DNA from: Octopus bimaculoides
Lineage: Eukaryota
Assembly (NCBI RefSeq): GCF_001194135.2
Contig: NC_068997.1
Span: 3,548,244 to 3,612,243, forward strand
Direction of reading: 5' to 3'
DNA length: 64,000 nucleotides
Positions 24,401-37,573 of this stretch are shown piece by piece; positions within the stretch are counted from its first letter, which is position 1; the number at the start of each line of letters is the position of its first letter. A model generated the notes under the pieces. It worked only from the letters and a program-made list of their open reading frames with translations, was not told the origin of the DNA and did no database searches. Position numbers and translations under genes: made by a program.

Positions 24401-25257
24401 NNNNNNNNNNNNNNNNNNNNNNNNNNNNNNNNNNNNNNNNNNNNNNNNNNNNNNNNNNNNNNNNNNNNNNNNNNNNNNNNNNNNNNNNNNNNNNNNNNNN
24501 NNNNNNNNNNNNNNNNNNNNNNNNNNNNNNNNNNNNNNNNNNNNNNNNNNNNNNNNNNNNNNNNNNNNNNNNNNNNNNNNNNNNNNNNNNNNNNNNNNNN
24601 NNNNNNNNNNNNNNNNNNNNNNNNNNNNNNNNNNNNNNNNNNNNNNNNNNNNNNNNNNNNNNNNNNNNNNNNNNNNNNNNNNNNNNNNNNNNNNNNNNNN
24701 NNNNNNNNNNNNNNNNNNNNNNNNNNNNNNNNNNNNNNNNNNNNNNNNNNNNNNNNNNNNNNNNNNNNNNNNNNNNNNNNNNNNNNNNNNNNNNNNNNNN
24801 NNNNNNNNNNNNNNNNNNNNNNNNNNNNNNNNNNNNNNNNNNNNNNNNNNNNNNNNNNNNNNNNNNNNNNNNNNNNNNNNNNNNNNNNNNNNNNNNNNNN
24901 NNNNNNNNNNNNNNNNNNNNNNNNNNNNNNNNNNNNNNNNNNNNNNNNNNNNNNNNNNNNNNNNNNNNNNNNNNNNNNNNNNNNNNNNNNNNNNNNNNNN
25001 NNNNNNNNNNNNNNNNNNNNNNNNNNNNNNNNNNNNNNNNNNNNNNNNNNNNNNNNNNNNNNNNNNNNNNNNNNNNNNNNNNNNNNNNNNNNNNNNNNNN
25101 NNNNNNNNNNNNNNNNNNNNNNNNNNNNNNNNNNNNNNNNNNNNNNNNNNNNNNNNNNNNNNNNNNNNNNNNNNNNNNNNNNNNNNNNNNNNNNNNNNNN
25201 NNNNNNNNNNNNNNNNNNNNNNNNNNNNNNNNNNNNNNNNNNNNNNNNNNNNNNNNN

Positions 25258-25293
<36 letters not shown>

Positions 25294-25445
25294 CGCTCCT
25301 CGATAAAGATTTCGGTAAGTCCAAATCATTTGATTAATTCTAAGCATTTTCTTATCTGCGGATTTTATCTTTTGACTCTACACATACGCGCCGTATACAT
25401 ATGTATGATGGCCGATAAATAAACACTTTAAATTAAACGTTTCAG

Positions 25446-25571
25446 ATGTGGATGAATGTAGAAGCCCCGACAATGGCTGTCAACAGACTTGTGAGAACAT
25501 TGAAGGAAGTTACCAATGTGGATGTTCCGAAGGTTATAAACTTGCTAAGGACCAGAAATCTTGTGAAAAAG
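25446..25571 (+). CDS. Exon 15: calcium-binding EGF
   Basis: tttcag| [43 protein letters not shown]|GTAAGA. Confidence 0.93.
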
Positions 25572-25771
25572 GTAAGAGCAAATGATTTCACTCATTCACT
25601 CACTCACTGGTCTTCATGACTCCCCACCACATTCAGCACTACCATCATCATCATTATCGTCGTCGTCGTTGTCGTCGCCACCACCATGAACACCGTCACA
25701 ATCGTCATCATCATCATCATCATCGTTGTCGTCGTCGTTTTTGTTTACGTTTTCATTGCTTCTCAAGCACA

Positions 25772-26105
25772 CGGTTCCAGTTTCAGTCTCACTGCGTTGC
25801 ACCTTCGGCAAGTGTCTTCTGCTATAGTCGCGGGCCAGCTAATCCTTTGTGAATGGATTTAGTAGACGGAAACTGAAAGCAGTCCGCGTGCGTGTTTGTG
25901 TTTGTGAGATTACCGTTTGACAATCAGTGTTGGTATATTTATGTCCTCGCAACTTAGGTTTTCGGCAAAGAGATCGACAAGATAGGTACCAGGCTTTAAA
26001 AGAAGTACTAGTGTCGATTCATTCGACTAAAAATTCTTCAAGGCGATGCTCCAACATGGCCGTAGTCTAATGATTGAAGCAAGTAAAAGGATACAAGATA
26101 AAAAG
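25772..26105 (+). mobile_element. SINE family C copy
   Basis: Homologous to 15196-15568 in reverse orientation. Confidence 0.7.
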
Positions 26106-26331
26106 ATCAGCAGGAGCTCCGGCATATTCCCAAAGTGTGTGCAGTACTGTCTTTGAAGCGTATAAGTTTGTATTCATATACCTTGTTCAATTAAGGGTTT
26201 GATTTTTTGTTTCTTGCGTTACTTCAGGCTTTCGTCTATTTATTGTAGTTGTGTAGAGTATGTGTATTTTAGGTTGTGTTTTGCAATTCATTCAAAGCTG
26301 TTATTTCAACATCTTCTTTCTCTTGTTATAG

Positions 26332-26454
26332 TCGTGGATTATTGCACCGAACACAACTTGACCAATTGTTATGGTTGCAAATTTGAGGATGGACAGATAA
26401 AATGTTTTTGTCCAGCTGGATACGAACTCGGCCACAACAATTTTTCGTGTGTTG
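26332..26454 (+). CDS. Exon 16: EGF-like module (non-calcium-binding)
   Basis: ttatag| VVDYCTEHNLTNCYGCKFEDGQIKCFCPAGYELGHNNFSCV G|GTAAGT; six cysteines. Confidence 0.9.
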
Positions 26455-26862
26455 GTAAGTATTGTAATCTCTCTAAAAATACGATAAGTAAAGCGTGGGC
26501 AATGGTAAGTAATCATTATAGCTCATTGGTCATTGATAAACAGTCTTTAAATTATCAGTGTTCAACGGTAAGTGGTCTTTAGAGGCGAAAGACCAACGAG
26601 AAGTGTTGTTTGTATTTCCCGGTTTAAGATGAGTTTTCCTTAAACGTAGTGGAGCTTGCTTGCTTACCTATGATAATGAATATCGCTTAGTGGTGACTTG
26701 GGATCATTGATGAATTAACACTTTCAATGTGGTCTTTGTAGATAGTGGTCTATATTAATCTCTATAGGTATGGTAATTATAGAATTTTTCTTTCTCAACT
26801 TTGTACTGATATCATATCTAACATTTGTATTGTCTTATTTTTGTATTATAATTAATCTTTAG

Positions 26863-26985
26863 ATATTGATGAGTGTGCCAGCCCAGTCCATCGATGTTCG
26901 CAGATCTGTCAGAACAAACCCGGGGGTTTCACCTGTCACTGTTATCCTGGTTACAAACTAAAACCTGATAAAGTCATCTGTGAAA
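26863..26985 (+). CDS. Exon 17: calcium-binding EGF
   Basis: ctttag| DIDECASPVHRCSQICQNKPGGFTCHCYPGYKLKPDKVICE A|GTAAGT. Confidence 0.93.
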
Positions 26986-27453
26986 GTAAGTCTTGAAATA
27001 CTCCTCTTATTTCTGTAATTCATAATTCTATATAAAACAAACCAATTGCTTTTACTCGATTTTAACTCTTAAAACATAATTATAACCCTGTTTCAAGATA
27101 TTTTACTGAGATCTGTATGTGATGAAGCTAAACAACAATTTGCAACTTAAAAGCTGAGAACCCATTTTGGACGTTGTTGCATTTTCACAATATTCTTTTC
27201 TGCTAATTATATTCTTCTGTCCTTCTAACTATTTTACCCCTCTGTTCTCAAATTCACATGTTTCGCTTCGTTGAAGCGCAAAATATGTATTTATTTCTCA
27301 GAGTAACCAATTTAGATTAAAATTTAAAATACTTTAATTCTTTCTTCTTTCACTTTTTATTTTCACGTTTTTCCTATTTTCATACCAATAAATGGTGATG
27401 GATAAAATGCCATGTGTTATTTAGTAATTTTCCCCTTGGGTTCTAAGTTCAGA

Positions 27454-27827
27454 GGGAGGCGCAATGGCCCAGTGGTTATGGCAGCGGACTCACGGTCATA
27501 GAATCGCGGTTTCGATTCCCAGACAGGGCGTTGTGAGTGTTTATTGAGCGAAAACACCTAAAGCTCCACGAGGCTCCGACAGGGGATGGTGGCGAACCCT
27601 GCTGTACTCTTTCACCACAACTTTCTCTCACTCTTACTTCCTGTTTCTGTTGTGCCTGTAATTGGAAGGGTCAGCATTGTCACACTGTGTCACGCTGAAT
27701 ATCCCCGAGGACTACGTTAAGGGTACACGTGTCTGTGGAGTGCTCAGCCACTTGCACGTTAATTTCACGAGCAGGCTGTTCCGTTGATCGAACCCTCGAC
27801 GTCGTAAGCGACGGAGTGCCAACAACA
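27454..27827 (+). mobile_element. SINE family A copy
   Basis: Full length; perfect 10-bp target-site duplication TAAGTTCAGA at 27444-27453 and 27828-27837. Confidence 0.9.
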
Positions 27828-28310
27828 TAAGTTCAGATCATTCCATGACGTCTTTTCCATTCAGCCAAAGCCAAGTAATGTGGGAACATTGAATACAATC
27901 ACCCACAACTATGCTTGCTATCAAATGCTTGTTACGGCTCATATATCTTTATGTATACATGCGCATGTCTGCAACAATATACATGAGAATACATACATAA
28001 AACAAAACAATCAAATCTGCACAAACACTGATTACAAATGCTTCAAGTATGCACACATATATGCAAAAATATCCAGCAGATGTTGCTGAAATTCCAATGA
28101 AAGAGCCTTAGATCTAGGTTAGAAAACGGCACTTTCTCTATTGGCAAGATATCTTGAAATAAAACTAAATATTGACGTACATACACACATACACTCAATC
28201 ACATACACACGATCCCTTTCTCTCTCACACACACACACACGCAGGCACACACAGAGAATGCACACAGGCATACACGCATATTTGTATTTATTTACATTCT
28301 TCATTTGCAG

Positions 28311-28568
28311 AATGCGACATTTTCCATTGGGGTGAAAACTGCAAAAACAAATGTGCATGCAATGGTAATGAAGAACTATGTGACTCAATCCGTGGCTGTG
28401 TCTGCAAGAAAGGCTGGACTGGTATTCATTGTGACCAAGACATCAATGAATGTGCCGGCAATCACACTTGCTACGATTTTGAAAACATGAAATGCATTAA
28501 TACACAAGGAAGTTACCATTGTATCTGTCAGAACGGCTACATTGATGACAGCGAGGGACACTGCATTG
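28311..28568 (+). CDS. Exon 18: MEGF10/laminin-type EGF plus calcium-binding EGF
   Basis: ttgcag| KCDIFHWGENCKNKCACNGNEELCDSIRGCVCKKGWTGIHCDQDINECAGNHTC...CINTQGSYHCICQNGYIDDSEGHCI G|GTAAGC. Confidence 0.94.
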
Positions 28569-28604
28569 GTAAGCATTGGGCCAGCTGAGAACATCTTGGC
28601 ATCA

Positions 28605-28645
<41 letters not shown>

Positions 28646-29200
28646 TGTGTGTGTGTTTTGTGTGTGTGTGTGTGAATCTGTCTGTCTGTGCGTGTGTGAA
28701 TCTCTCTCTCTCTCTCTCTCCCTCTCTCTATGTCTCTCTCTCTCCCNNNNNNNNNNNNNNNNNNNNNNNNNNNNNNNNNNNNNNNNNNNNNNNNNNNNNN
28801 NNNNNNNNNNNNNNNNNNNNNNNNNNNNNNNNNNNNNNNNNNNNNNNNNNNNNNNNNNNNNNNNNNNNNNNNNNNNNNNNNNNNNNNNNNNNNNNNNNNN
28901 NNNNNNNNNNNNNNNNNNNNNNNNNNNNNNNNNNNNNNNNNNNNNNNNNNNNNNNNNNNNNNNNNNNNNNNNNNNNNNNNNNNNNNNNNNNNNNNNNNNN
29001 NNNNNNNNNNNNNNNNNNNNNNNNNNNNNNNNNNNNNNNNNNNNNNNNNNNNNNNNNNNNNNNNNNNNNNNNNNNNNNNNNNNNNNNNNNNNNNNNNNNN
29101 NNNNNNNNNNNNNNNNNNNNNNNNNNNNNNNNNNNNNNNNNNNNNNNNNNNNNNNNNNNNNNNNNNNNNNNNNNNNNNNNNNNNNNNNNNNNNNNNNNNN

Positions 29201-29237
<37 letters not shown>

Positions 29238-29944
29238 ATCTATTTCTCTATTTGTCTCTGTCTATCTATCTATCAATCTATCTCCATCTCTCTCTCCCTC
29301 TTCCTCCCCCCTCTCTCTCTCTCTGTCATCTTTCATGCTATCACATATTTTGTAAACTATGTATACTTTTATCACATTTCACCTTCTTTTCCATTCCCTT
29401 CTCTCCATCCCTTACATAAATCCCGACACAAATTATTGCTTGTCTTTGTGTTGTTCCCTTCATCGATGTCCCTGCGGCTAAGAAAAGAAATTATAATCAT
29501 TAAAAGAAAAAAAAAACTAAGTTATTTCCCTTTAACTCTGACAAATTTAACTCCCTTGTTTCGTTTATTTTCTTTTATTTTGATTTGTTTTTTCCTCGTA
29601 ACAAATAAACTCGTTTGAATGAAGAAAAAAGCATTAATTATTGATCAAGTGAAGTCAGCTTTCATCAGTGGTTGTGGTAGGGTATACTAGCATGAGATGG
29701 AGGGAGTGAAATAGAGAAATGGAGGAGGAAAGAAAATAATATACAGTGGATAGGGAATCATTAAAAAGATTGAGGTGAAGAAATATCGGTTCTACAAGCA
29801 CGTATGCACTGTATGCATATATATTTATCTTTTACGTGTTTAGCCATTGGATTGCGACCGTTCTGGGGTACCACCTTGTTTGGTTTGGTCGGCCAAACCA
29901 ACCCATAACAGGGTGTTGTGAACTGGTTGATTGACCTGGTCTAT

Positions 29945-30240
29945 GTCCTCTGGCCTTTTGCGACGAAATCTCTTCCTGAACTCCCTCACAACCCCTCAAA
30001 GTATTCTTTGTTGACCGTCTAGCTAAAGGGAACCAGTAGATGCAGATGATATCCTTGTTGTCGAAAAAGGGGATCATCATGAGCTTCCCAGTGGATTTAC
30101 ATTGCATGACCTCGTGTACCAGCGAAAAACAGATGGTCGACTCGTACAAATTAATCCATAGAACTCTGTCTGGGGCAAGTCATAAGTTTCTCGAGCGTTT
30201 TTTGCCCAGGTTAGCACAAAACTTTCTTGCATAGGGAACT
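29945..30240 (-). mobile_element. Mariner transposase pseudogene fragment
   Basis: With frameshifts: KFCANLGK.ARETYDL...SRPSVFRWY (N-terminal HTH) joined to KSTGKLMMIPFFDNKDIICIYWFP..TVNKEYF..VVREFRKRFRRKRP (catalytic domain start). TIRs not located. Confidence 0.75.
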
Positions 30241-30621
30241 TCTAAACTGTCTTCACGTCCCGACTCTATTCTGAAAACTAGTCAGCTGTGACAAACAGTT
30301 GTTTACATGAAACTAGAATAAATGTTGACATGTCAGTTTTTAGATGTATCATAATGATATACTAAAATTACACCAATCTAGAACAATTATAGCTACCCCT
30401 CCTAAAAAAAGTCTCAAAATTTCTGGAATGCACTTCGAATACATACATACACATATACATACATGCATACATGTATACATACATACATACATACATACAT
30501 GTGTGTGTATGTGTGTGTATGTGTACGCATGTGTCTGTGTGATTATGTATGTATGTATATATGTATGTATGTATTTATGGAGAGAGAGAGAGAGTGAGAG
30601 AGAGATAGATAGATAGGTAGG

Positions 30622-30677
<56 letters not shown>

Positions 30678-31145
30678 CAACGTCGCTAGTCAAAATATTT
30701 TCTTTGTGTATAATTTCTTGTACATAATGTTTTTACATTCTCTACACTGTTGACACTTAAATACATAATTTTTGTATAATTAAGAACAGACTTGTCCGCG
30801 AGACAAACACACGCTTTGTTATATTCCATATATTCCTGCTTAAACGGTCATATATATATATATATATATATANNNNNNNNNNNNNNNNNNNNNNNNNNNN
30901 NNNNNNNNNNNNNNNNNNNNNNNNNNNNNNNNNNNNNNNNNNNNNNNNNNNNNNNNNNNNNNNNNNNNNNNNNNNNNNNNNNNNNNNNNNNNNNNNNNNN
31001 NNNNNNNNNNNNNNNNNNNNNNNNNNNNNNNNNNNNNNNNNNNNNNNNNNNNNNNNNNNNNNNNNNNNNNNNNNNNNNNNNNNNNNNNNNNNNNNNNNNN
31101 NNNNNNNNNNNNNNNNNNNNNNNNNNNNNNNNNNNNNNNNNNNNN

Positions 31146-31201
<56 letters not shown>

Positions 31202-33396
31202 TGTGTTATGTTGAATTAAGCCCCTCTAGTACTTCCATTGGTTACCTGAGGGCTCTAAATTTTCCACTTTCAGTATTGACTTCTAATGTAGGTAGAAGGC
31301 TGCTAGATGCCGTTGCTGGTAACATTCCACAGAAAAAAGAATGGGATGTCTTAATTAAAATATAGGAATCAGAGGATGAAAAAAATATATATTATGGAAA
31401 ATATTGAAGTAATAGCTAAACCAAAATGTGCACTACATGGATGAAATAGTGAAGGGCCGTAGAAATACGCAGTGAAATATCAGAATAAGATGAATATTGA
31501 ACAACAACAATTGTTTCAAATTTTGACACAAGGCCAGTAAGTTTGTGGGAGGAGTAAGATGATTATATCGACACCAGTGTCCAACTGGTACCTATTTTAT
31601 CCACCCTGAAAGAATGAACGGCAAAGTCATCCTCGGTGGAATTTGGACTCTAAGCATTTTGCCCATCGTACTAACGATCCAGCCAGCTTGCAACCATTTT
31701 CCAAAAATTTATATTTGGAGCAATGCGTATATATTTCAAAATACTTACTCAGAACATCAGGATAAGATTATTCTTGTTCCACATCTCACATATAAATTTA
31801 TGCAAAACTAATTTCTTACAGAAACACAAAGCCAGAGCGCCTGATATTTAACTGACATCTATTTTATCGACCTCAGTAAGTTTCGAACTCAAGAGATATT
31901 AGACCGTAAATAGATACCACACGACAATCTGTTCAAAGAACTAACGCGATCGCACGTGCAGCTAAATCTCACTTCAACCATTTTACAGTGTCTTAAATAA
32001 TGGAAAGACACATTAAATAATTTAATGTTAGAAAACCAGAGAAGGGTTCACGCTTGAAAATCTTTGATTATAGTTTTACAAAAGCAGGCCTACCTTTCAC
32101 ATTAAGAGATACAATGCAAAGTGGTACCTGTGCAGTAGAAAGGGTACTATGGACTCATGTGCGGTGATGGGCAAAGTGGACCCGAGTAAGCGGTGCACTG
32201 GGAATTAAAGGGATATAACTAACTAGTCCCCATTATTCTATCTATCGGTTACCTCCCTTTGAATCTACTTTCCTTTCCATCAAGTGGAGACTGACTACGT
32301 CATTTGACTTGGTAAAATTAGCAGCCAAATCTCCCTGAAATTACACCATACCATAAACTCTTAAAAAGGCTACATGTCACAAAGTTGTGTCGGATTTCAT
32401 AATAAAACCAGATAATAAAAGTTGCATGGCCACAGTTGGTAGTCTTTGATCATGGATCTGGGTTATGAAGTTTAACATCGGGCTAAACAACAACACACTT
32501 ATAATATCTCTGAGACAGGGTAATATATTTGGGGGTTTCGGATGCAGAATTCAAAGGGGTGTAACTATAACGATACTGATAGTGGAGTTTATCTCTTTCA
32601 GTTATGATAATAAAAATAACAGCTATTTTTTATATTCGCCGCAAAAGTAATAAATTGCGAGATATTTAAAGGACAAATTACGAAAATAAGGGCGGGAAGC
32701 GAAGAATTAACTGGGTAAAACCAAGAACATACGCAAAACAAGTGTAAAACAGTGTTTTATATATATATACAAGAGAATGAAATATGAGAGCCCAATAAAG
32801 GATTCAACATCTGGTGGTGGGGGCAATCATGGAACCGGATAGACCTTTATTACCAAGAACAATTACCCTATCCCAGCTGTGTTGCAGCAAATTCTTACCA
32901 TACAGGCTTGCTTTTAATAAGATTCCCTAGAAAGCAACACGTTAATGAGGTCTGAGAGGATCAAATAATTATTTTGATCATCATACAATCTCTTTCTCCA
33001 TAGCCACCTCACAAAGTAAATATTCCTGCCTTCCCTAACCAACGAAAGCTGGTAATTACGATTCCCACAACGGACCCAGCGTGGTGATAGATCAGTCCTA
33101 GACACAACAGTTCTCCTAAAATATTCAGCCATTCTGGGGCTCTGAACAAGTGTAAGTGGAATGGTTTCGTCGTTGTGTACACGTTTCAGACAGACTAGAT
33201 ATACGGTAGTACCATTCCAGTTCATTGTATTTTGAATCATGAAAGGCCACACCAGCAGTACACGCACACCAGGGATTTTTGGAAGTTAGCCATAGAACCT
33301 TGGATAAAATTACTTCATAATACATTGTTTAAATACACAGTTGATGATCATCGATACCCAGTCTATCCGAATGCGTCACATATATACATTCTTACC

Positions 33397-33436
<40 letters not shown>

Positions 33437-33772
33437 CACAGTGTGTATGTGTGTGTGTCTGTGGTATATGTTTGTGGTATGTGTATGTATGTGTCTCTGT
33501 GTGATCGCGCGCGGGTGTGCATCCTTTAAGTTCGTTTAAGTGAAACATTTTTGAATGCGCATATGATAAGCTTTTAGGCAATTTTTGTCTGAAGAACCAA
33601 ACACATGGATAAATATTCACATAGATTAATAACATCCATGGATTTTGCAAATCATACTTGTAGTATCCTATGGATGGGAAATGCAGCTACTAAAACATGA
33701 GTTTTGTGGAAACGTATGTAGCAATGCATTAAGTCGTTTGCGAACTTCCATCTAAAAGTGCTTCTTACTACA

Positions 33773-33812
<40 letters not shown>

Positions 33813-34080
33813 TGTATATCATAAATTGCATATAGCTATATAATTTATGTAACTGTTTACGTCTGAATAACTACTTCTGTACTTGAAATTCGTAACCGAA
33901 TGCGGTGACCCATGAATCAACAGATGTGATTTCGATTCTTAACCAGATATATATTATGGCTTTTATCACGTTTTAAATTTATTGTTTAAATTTCTTAAAA
34001 TATTAGGGTTTTTTTTTTCTTTTTTCTTTTCTGTAAATGAAATATTGGACAGACTTTTAAAGTTATGTTTATATATGCAG

Positions 34081-34212
34081 ATATTAATGAATGCAAAACT
34101 GGAGTACATTTCTGCTCGCAGAAATGTCGAGATGTGGAAGGAACTTACAACTGTGAATGTTACGATGGTTATCGATTGAATGACGATCGAAGAACCTGTA
34201 CTAAAATGTCAG
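34081..34212 (+). CDS. Exon 19: calcium-binding EGF
   Basis: atgcag| [45 protein letters not shown]|GTAGGT. Confidence 0.93.
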
Positions 34213-34483
34213 GTAGGTAGACTAATCGACTAATATTCTTTTTTTATTATTTCTTCAGGCGGGAAGCAATGGTAACCTGCCTATTGTCAAATTTAATGAA
34301 TAGACCAATAGATGGGCTCACTAGAAATGTCAGTTCTACACACACACACTCACACACACACACATGTCTCTTTCCTCATCTCTCTCCTTCTCTCTAACTT
34401 TCTCTCTCTCCTTCCTTTTCTCTCTGACTCATTCTCTCTCTCTCACTTTCTTACTCTATATATGCGTCTATCTATCTATCTAT

Positions 34484-34546
<63 letters not shown>

Positions 34547-34754
34547 NNNNNNNNNNNNNNNNNNNNNNNNNNNNNNNNNNNNNNNNNNNNNNNNNNNNNN
34601 NNNNNNNNNNNNNNNNNNNNNNNNNNNNNNNNNNNNNNNNNNNNNNNNNNNNNNNNNNNNNNNNNNNNNNNNNNNNNNNNNNNNNNNNNNNNNNNNNNNN
34701 NNNNNNNNNNNNNNNNNNNNNNNNNNNNNNNNNNNNNNNNNNNNNNNNNNNNNN

Positions 34755-34791
<37 letters not shown>

Positions 34792-34859
34792 TTGTTGTTA
34801 CCAATCTTGTTGTTGTTATTGTCATATGTTCTAATTTATTATGACCGTTGCTTTTCCAG

Positions 34860-34976
34860 AAAACGAACTCTGTAACGCTGTCAATTGTTCCCACATCTGT
34901 TTAGTTGAGAGCACCCGTCCCGTATGTTACTGCCAAAAAGGTTTCCGATTAGCAAAGGATAAAATCACGTGTCTAT
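34860..34976 (+). CDS. Exon 20: EGF-like module
   Basis: ttccag| ENELCNAVNCSHICLVESTRPVCYCQKGFRLAKDKITCL T|GTAAGT. Confidence 0.92.
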
Positions 34977-35371
34977 GTAAGTGTTTGTCTGTTGGTTCAT
35001 AGAGCTTTACACCAAAGTTCATTAGATATTAATGCACTAAACATTGCGTGCCAAAAAATGATTAATTAAAGTGAAACTCGTTATTAAGGCAAATTGCGAT
35101 TCGGTGAAAAGTTATTTATTTTCAGTAAAAGCAAGGGAGGCAATTCCGACATTTAAATTAATAAAAATTAATTACAAATTGACTTGAATCATACAACAAA
35201 AATTGAGCCTGTTTTAAGGACTTTTGTATACACAGAGCGGAGAGTGTATATTTAGAGTTAATCATTGTATCATCTGTTTTAACACATATGACACATATTT
35301 ACAAACACGAAACCTATTGTGCACGCAGCCATACAGTATACCAAACATACAAAATGGTTATACATACATTA

Positions 35372-35765
35372 GGCGCAGGTTTAGTTTGTGGTAAGAACCT
35401 TGCTTCCCAAACCGCATGGTTCTCGATTTAGTTACACTGCATGACACCTTGGGCAAGTGTCTTTTTCTATAGACTTGTGGGTGGATTTGGTAGACGGAAA
35501 CTGAAAGAATCCCGTCGGATGTGCATGCGTATGTGTGTGTGAGTGTGTGCGTGCGCGCGTCTATATGCCGCTTGACAACCGGTGTTGGTGTGTTTACATC
35601 CGTGTAGCGTTAGCGGTTCGGCATAAGTGGTTGATAAAATGAGTACCAGGCTTAAGAAAAACATAAGTACTCAGGTGGATTCATTCGACTACAAATTCTT
35701 CCAGTTGTTGCCCCATCATGACCACAATCTAATAACTGAAACAAGTAGAAGATAAAAGATAAAAC
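35372..35765 (+). mobile_element. SINE family C copy
   Basis: Head GGCGCAGG...CTTCCCA, core GGATTTGGTAGACGGAAACTGAAAGAA, tail GATAAAAGATAAAA. Confidence 0.7.
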
Positions 35766-35897
35766 ATAAAAGACACCTGCACGACTGTTTATAGGTATAA
35801 TATATAAGTGTGTATGTGTGTGTGTATTTTATGATTTCCTTTAGACATAGTAATCCTAAATCCTGTTGTTAGAACTGATTATACATATGATTTAGTA

Positions 35898-36207
35898 CAG
35901 TGATTCTCAGCCGGGGTCAAAATATGATTTTTGGGGTGGGAGGGGGGCATACAACAAAACAGTATTTTAAGAACCCTTGAAAAAAATTTGCTTTAAATGT
36001 CTGTATTGGTATTCTTGCAAGAAACAGCCTGGTTTCTATCTTTAATGTTCAACCTACGCAAGTTAATGTGTGTAAAACAAAATATGAATTTTGAAAGTAG
36101 TTTCTAGAAACCTATTTTTTTAAAATAGCAAATGGCTACGGTGATCCACAAAAGTAAAACAGTAATCAAAGGGGTCCATAGATAAAAAAAATGTTTGAGA
36201 ACCCTTG
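35898..36207. mobile_element. hAT-type MITE (310 bp)
   Basis: Termini CAGTGATTCTCAGCC / TTTGAGAACCCTTG; 8-bp flanks ATTTAGTA and CTTTAGTG (6/8 match), consistent with hAT 8-bp TSDs. A related 5' end lies near 60347. Confidence 0.7.
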
Positions 36208-36360
36208 CTTTAGTGTAAAGCATTTGCCGAGAGCAAAATGTTATATTAATTACTGAGTTATAAGGGAACAGAAATGAAGTAATCAACTTCATTAGCATAC
36301 CGCTACTACAGCTATAAGAAATATTGTAATCACACAATATAGATATGCGAGTGTGTGGAT

Positions 36361-36425
<65 letters not shown>

Positions 36426-37527
36426 NNNNNNNNNNNNNNNNNNNNNNNNNNNNNNNNNNNNNNNNNNNNNNNNNNNNNNNNNNNNNNNNNNNNNNNNNNN
36501 NNNNNNNNNNNNNNNNNNNNNNNNNNNNNNNNNNNNNNNNNNNNNNNNNNNNNNNNNNNNNNNNNNNNNNNNNNNNNNNNNNNNNNNNNNNNNNNNATAT
36601 ATATACATACCTATATAAATACTATACATATGCATACACACAACAGACACAGATATACACACATATACATATATGCACCCATATAAAAGCTATATACGTT
36701 ACTACATACATGTATATACAAATACATGCGAACATGTATTTGCATATACAAACATGTATGCATTCCTACACACATACATACATAAGTTATACGTTCATGC
36801 ACGTTCATACATGCAGGTGCATATACACGCACATTGGCACATGTAAGTGTTTGTCTGTTGGTTCATAGAGCTTTACACCAAAGTTCATTAGATATTAATG
36901 CACTAAACATTGCGTGCCAAAAAATGATTAATTAAAGTGAAACTCGTTATTAAGGCATTCCTACAAACCCATGTCTTTGCGGTCATGAGGCCCCTAACCA
37001 CCGTGCGATAGACAAACATATAGTTTTAGTTCGTTTGAAATGATTATCTCCCTTACACCGGCGAAATTTGAACATGTGAAATAAATTCCGGGTTGAAGTT
37101 ATGCTATTTTAGTTACTCAGTAAACCATGCCTTTCGTAGGAAAGGCATGGAGGGGCATGGTTATCACAGCAGGAGTTGTTGAGGGTTTTAATTATGAATG
37201 TGAAAGAATAAAATTTGATAGTCTAGACAAGGTGGAGAAATGCTGTTATGATTGTCATACACACACACACATACACATGTAAATGTGTATGTTTGTATAC
37301 CAGATGTTGCGGTCGCGTGAGGCCTGGTTGGAGGCCCAAACTTCCGAGTTCTTTTCCAGAGCTTAGAAAAACTGAAAGGCCACTGCAATGTGTGTGAATC
37401 TGAGAGGGAAACGTGTTAGCTGATTCTCTTGTATTTTCTTTTACCCAAAGTCAGGAACTTTTCAGCACCATCGTGCGTGTGTGTGTGTGTGTGTGTGTGT
37501 TTGTGTTTGTGTGTGTGNNNNNNNNNN

Positions 37528-37573
<46 letters not shown>

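Noticed and set aside
25614-25852. His/Arg-rich or Asp-rich ORF after exon 15 (similar at 15792-16043)
   Set aside because: Compound CAT/CGT/CAC trinucleotide repeat inside an intron, downstream of a strong donor.
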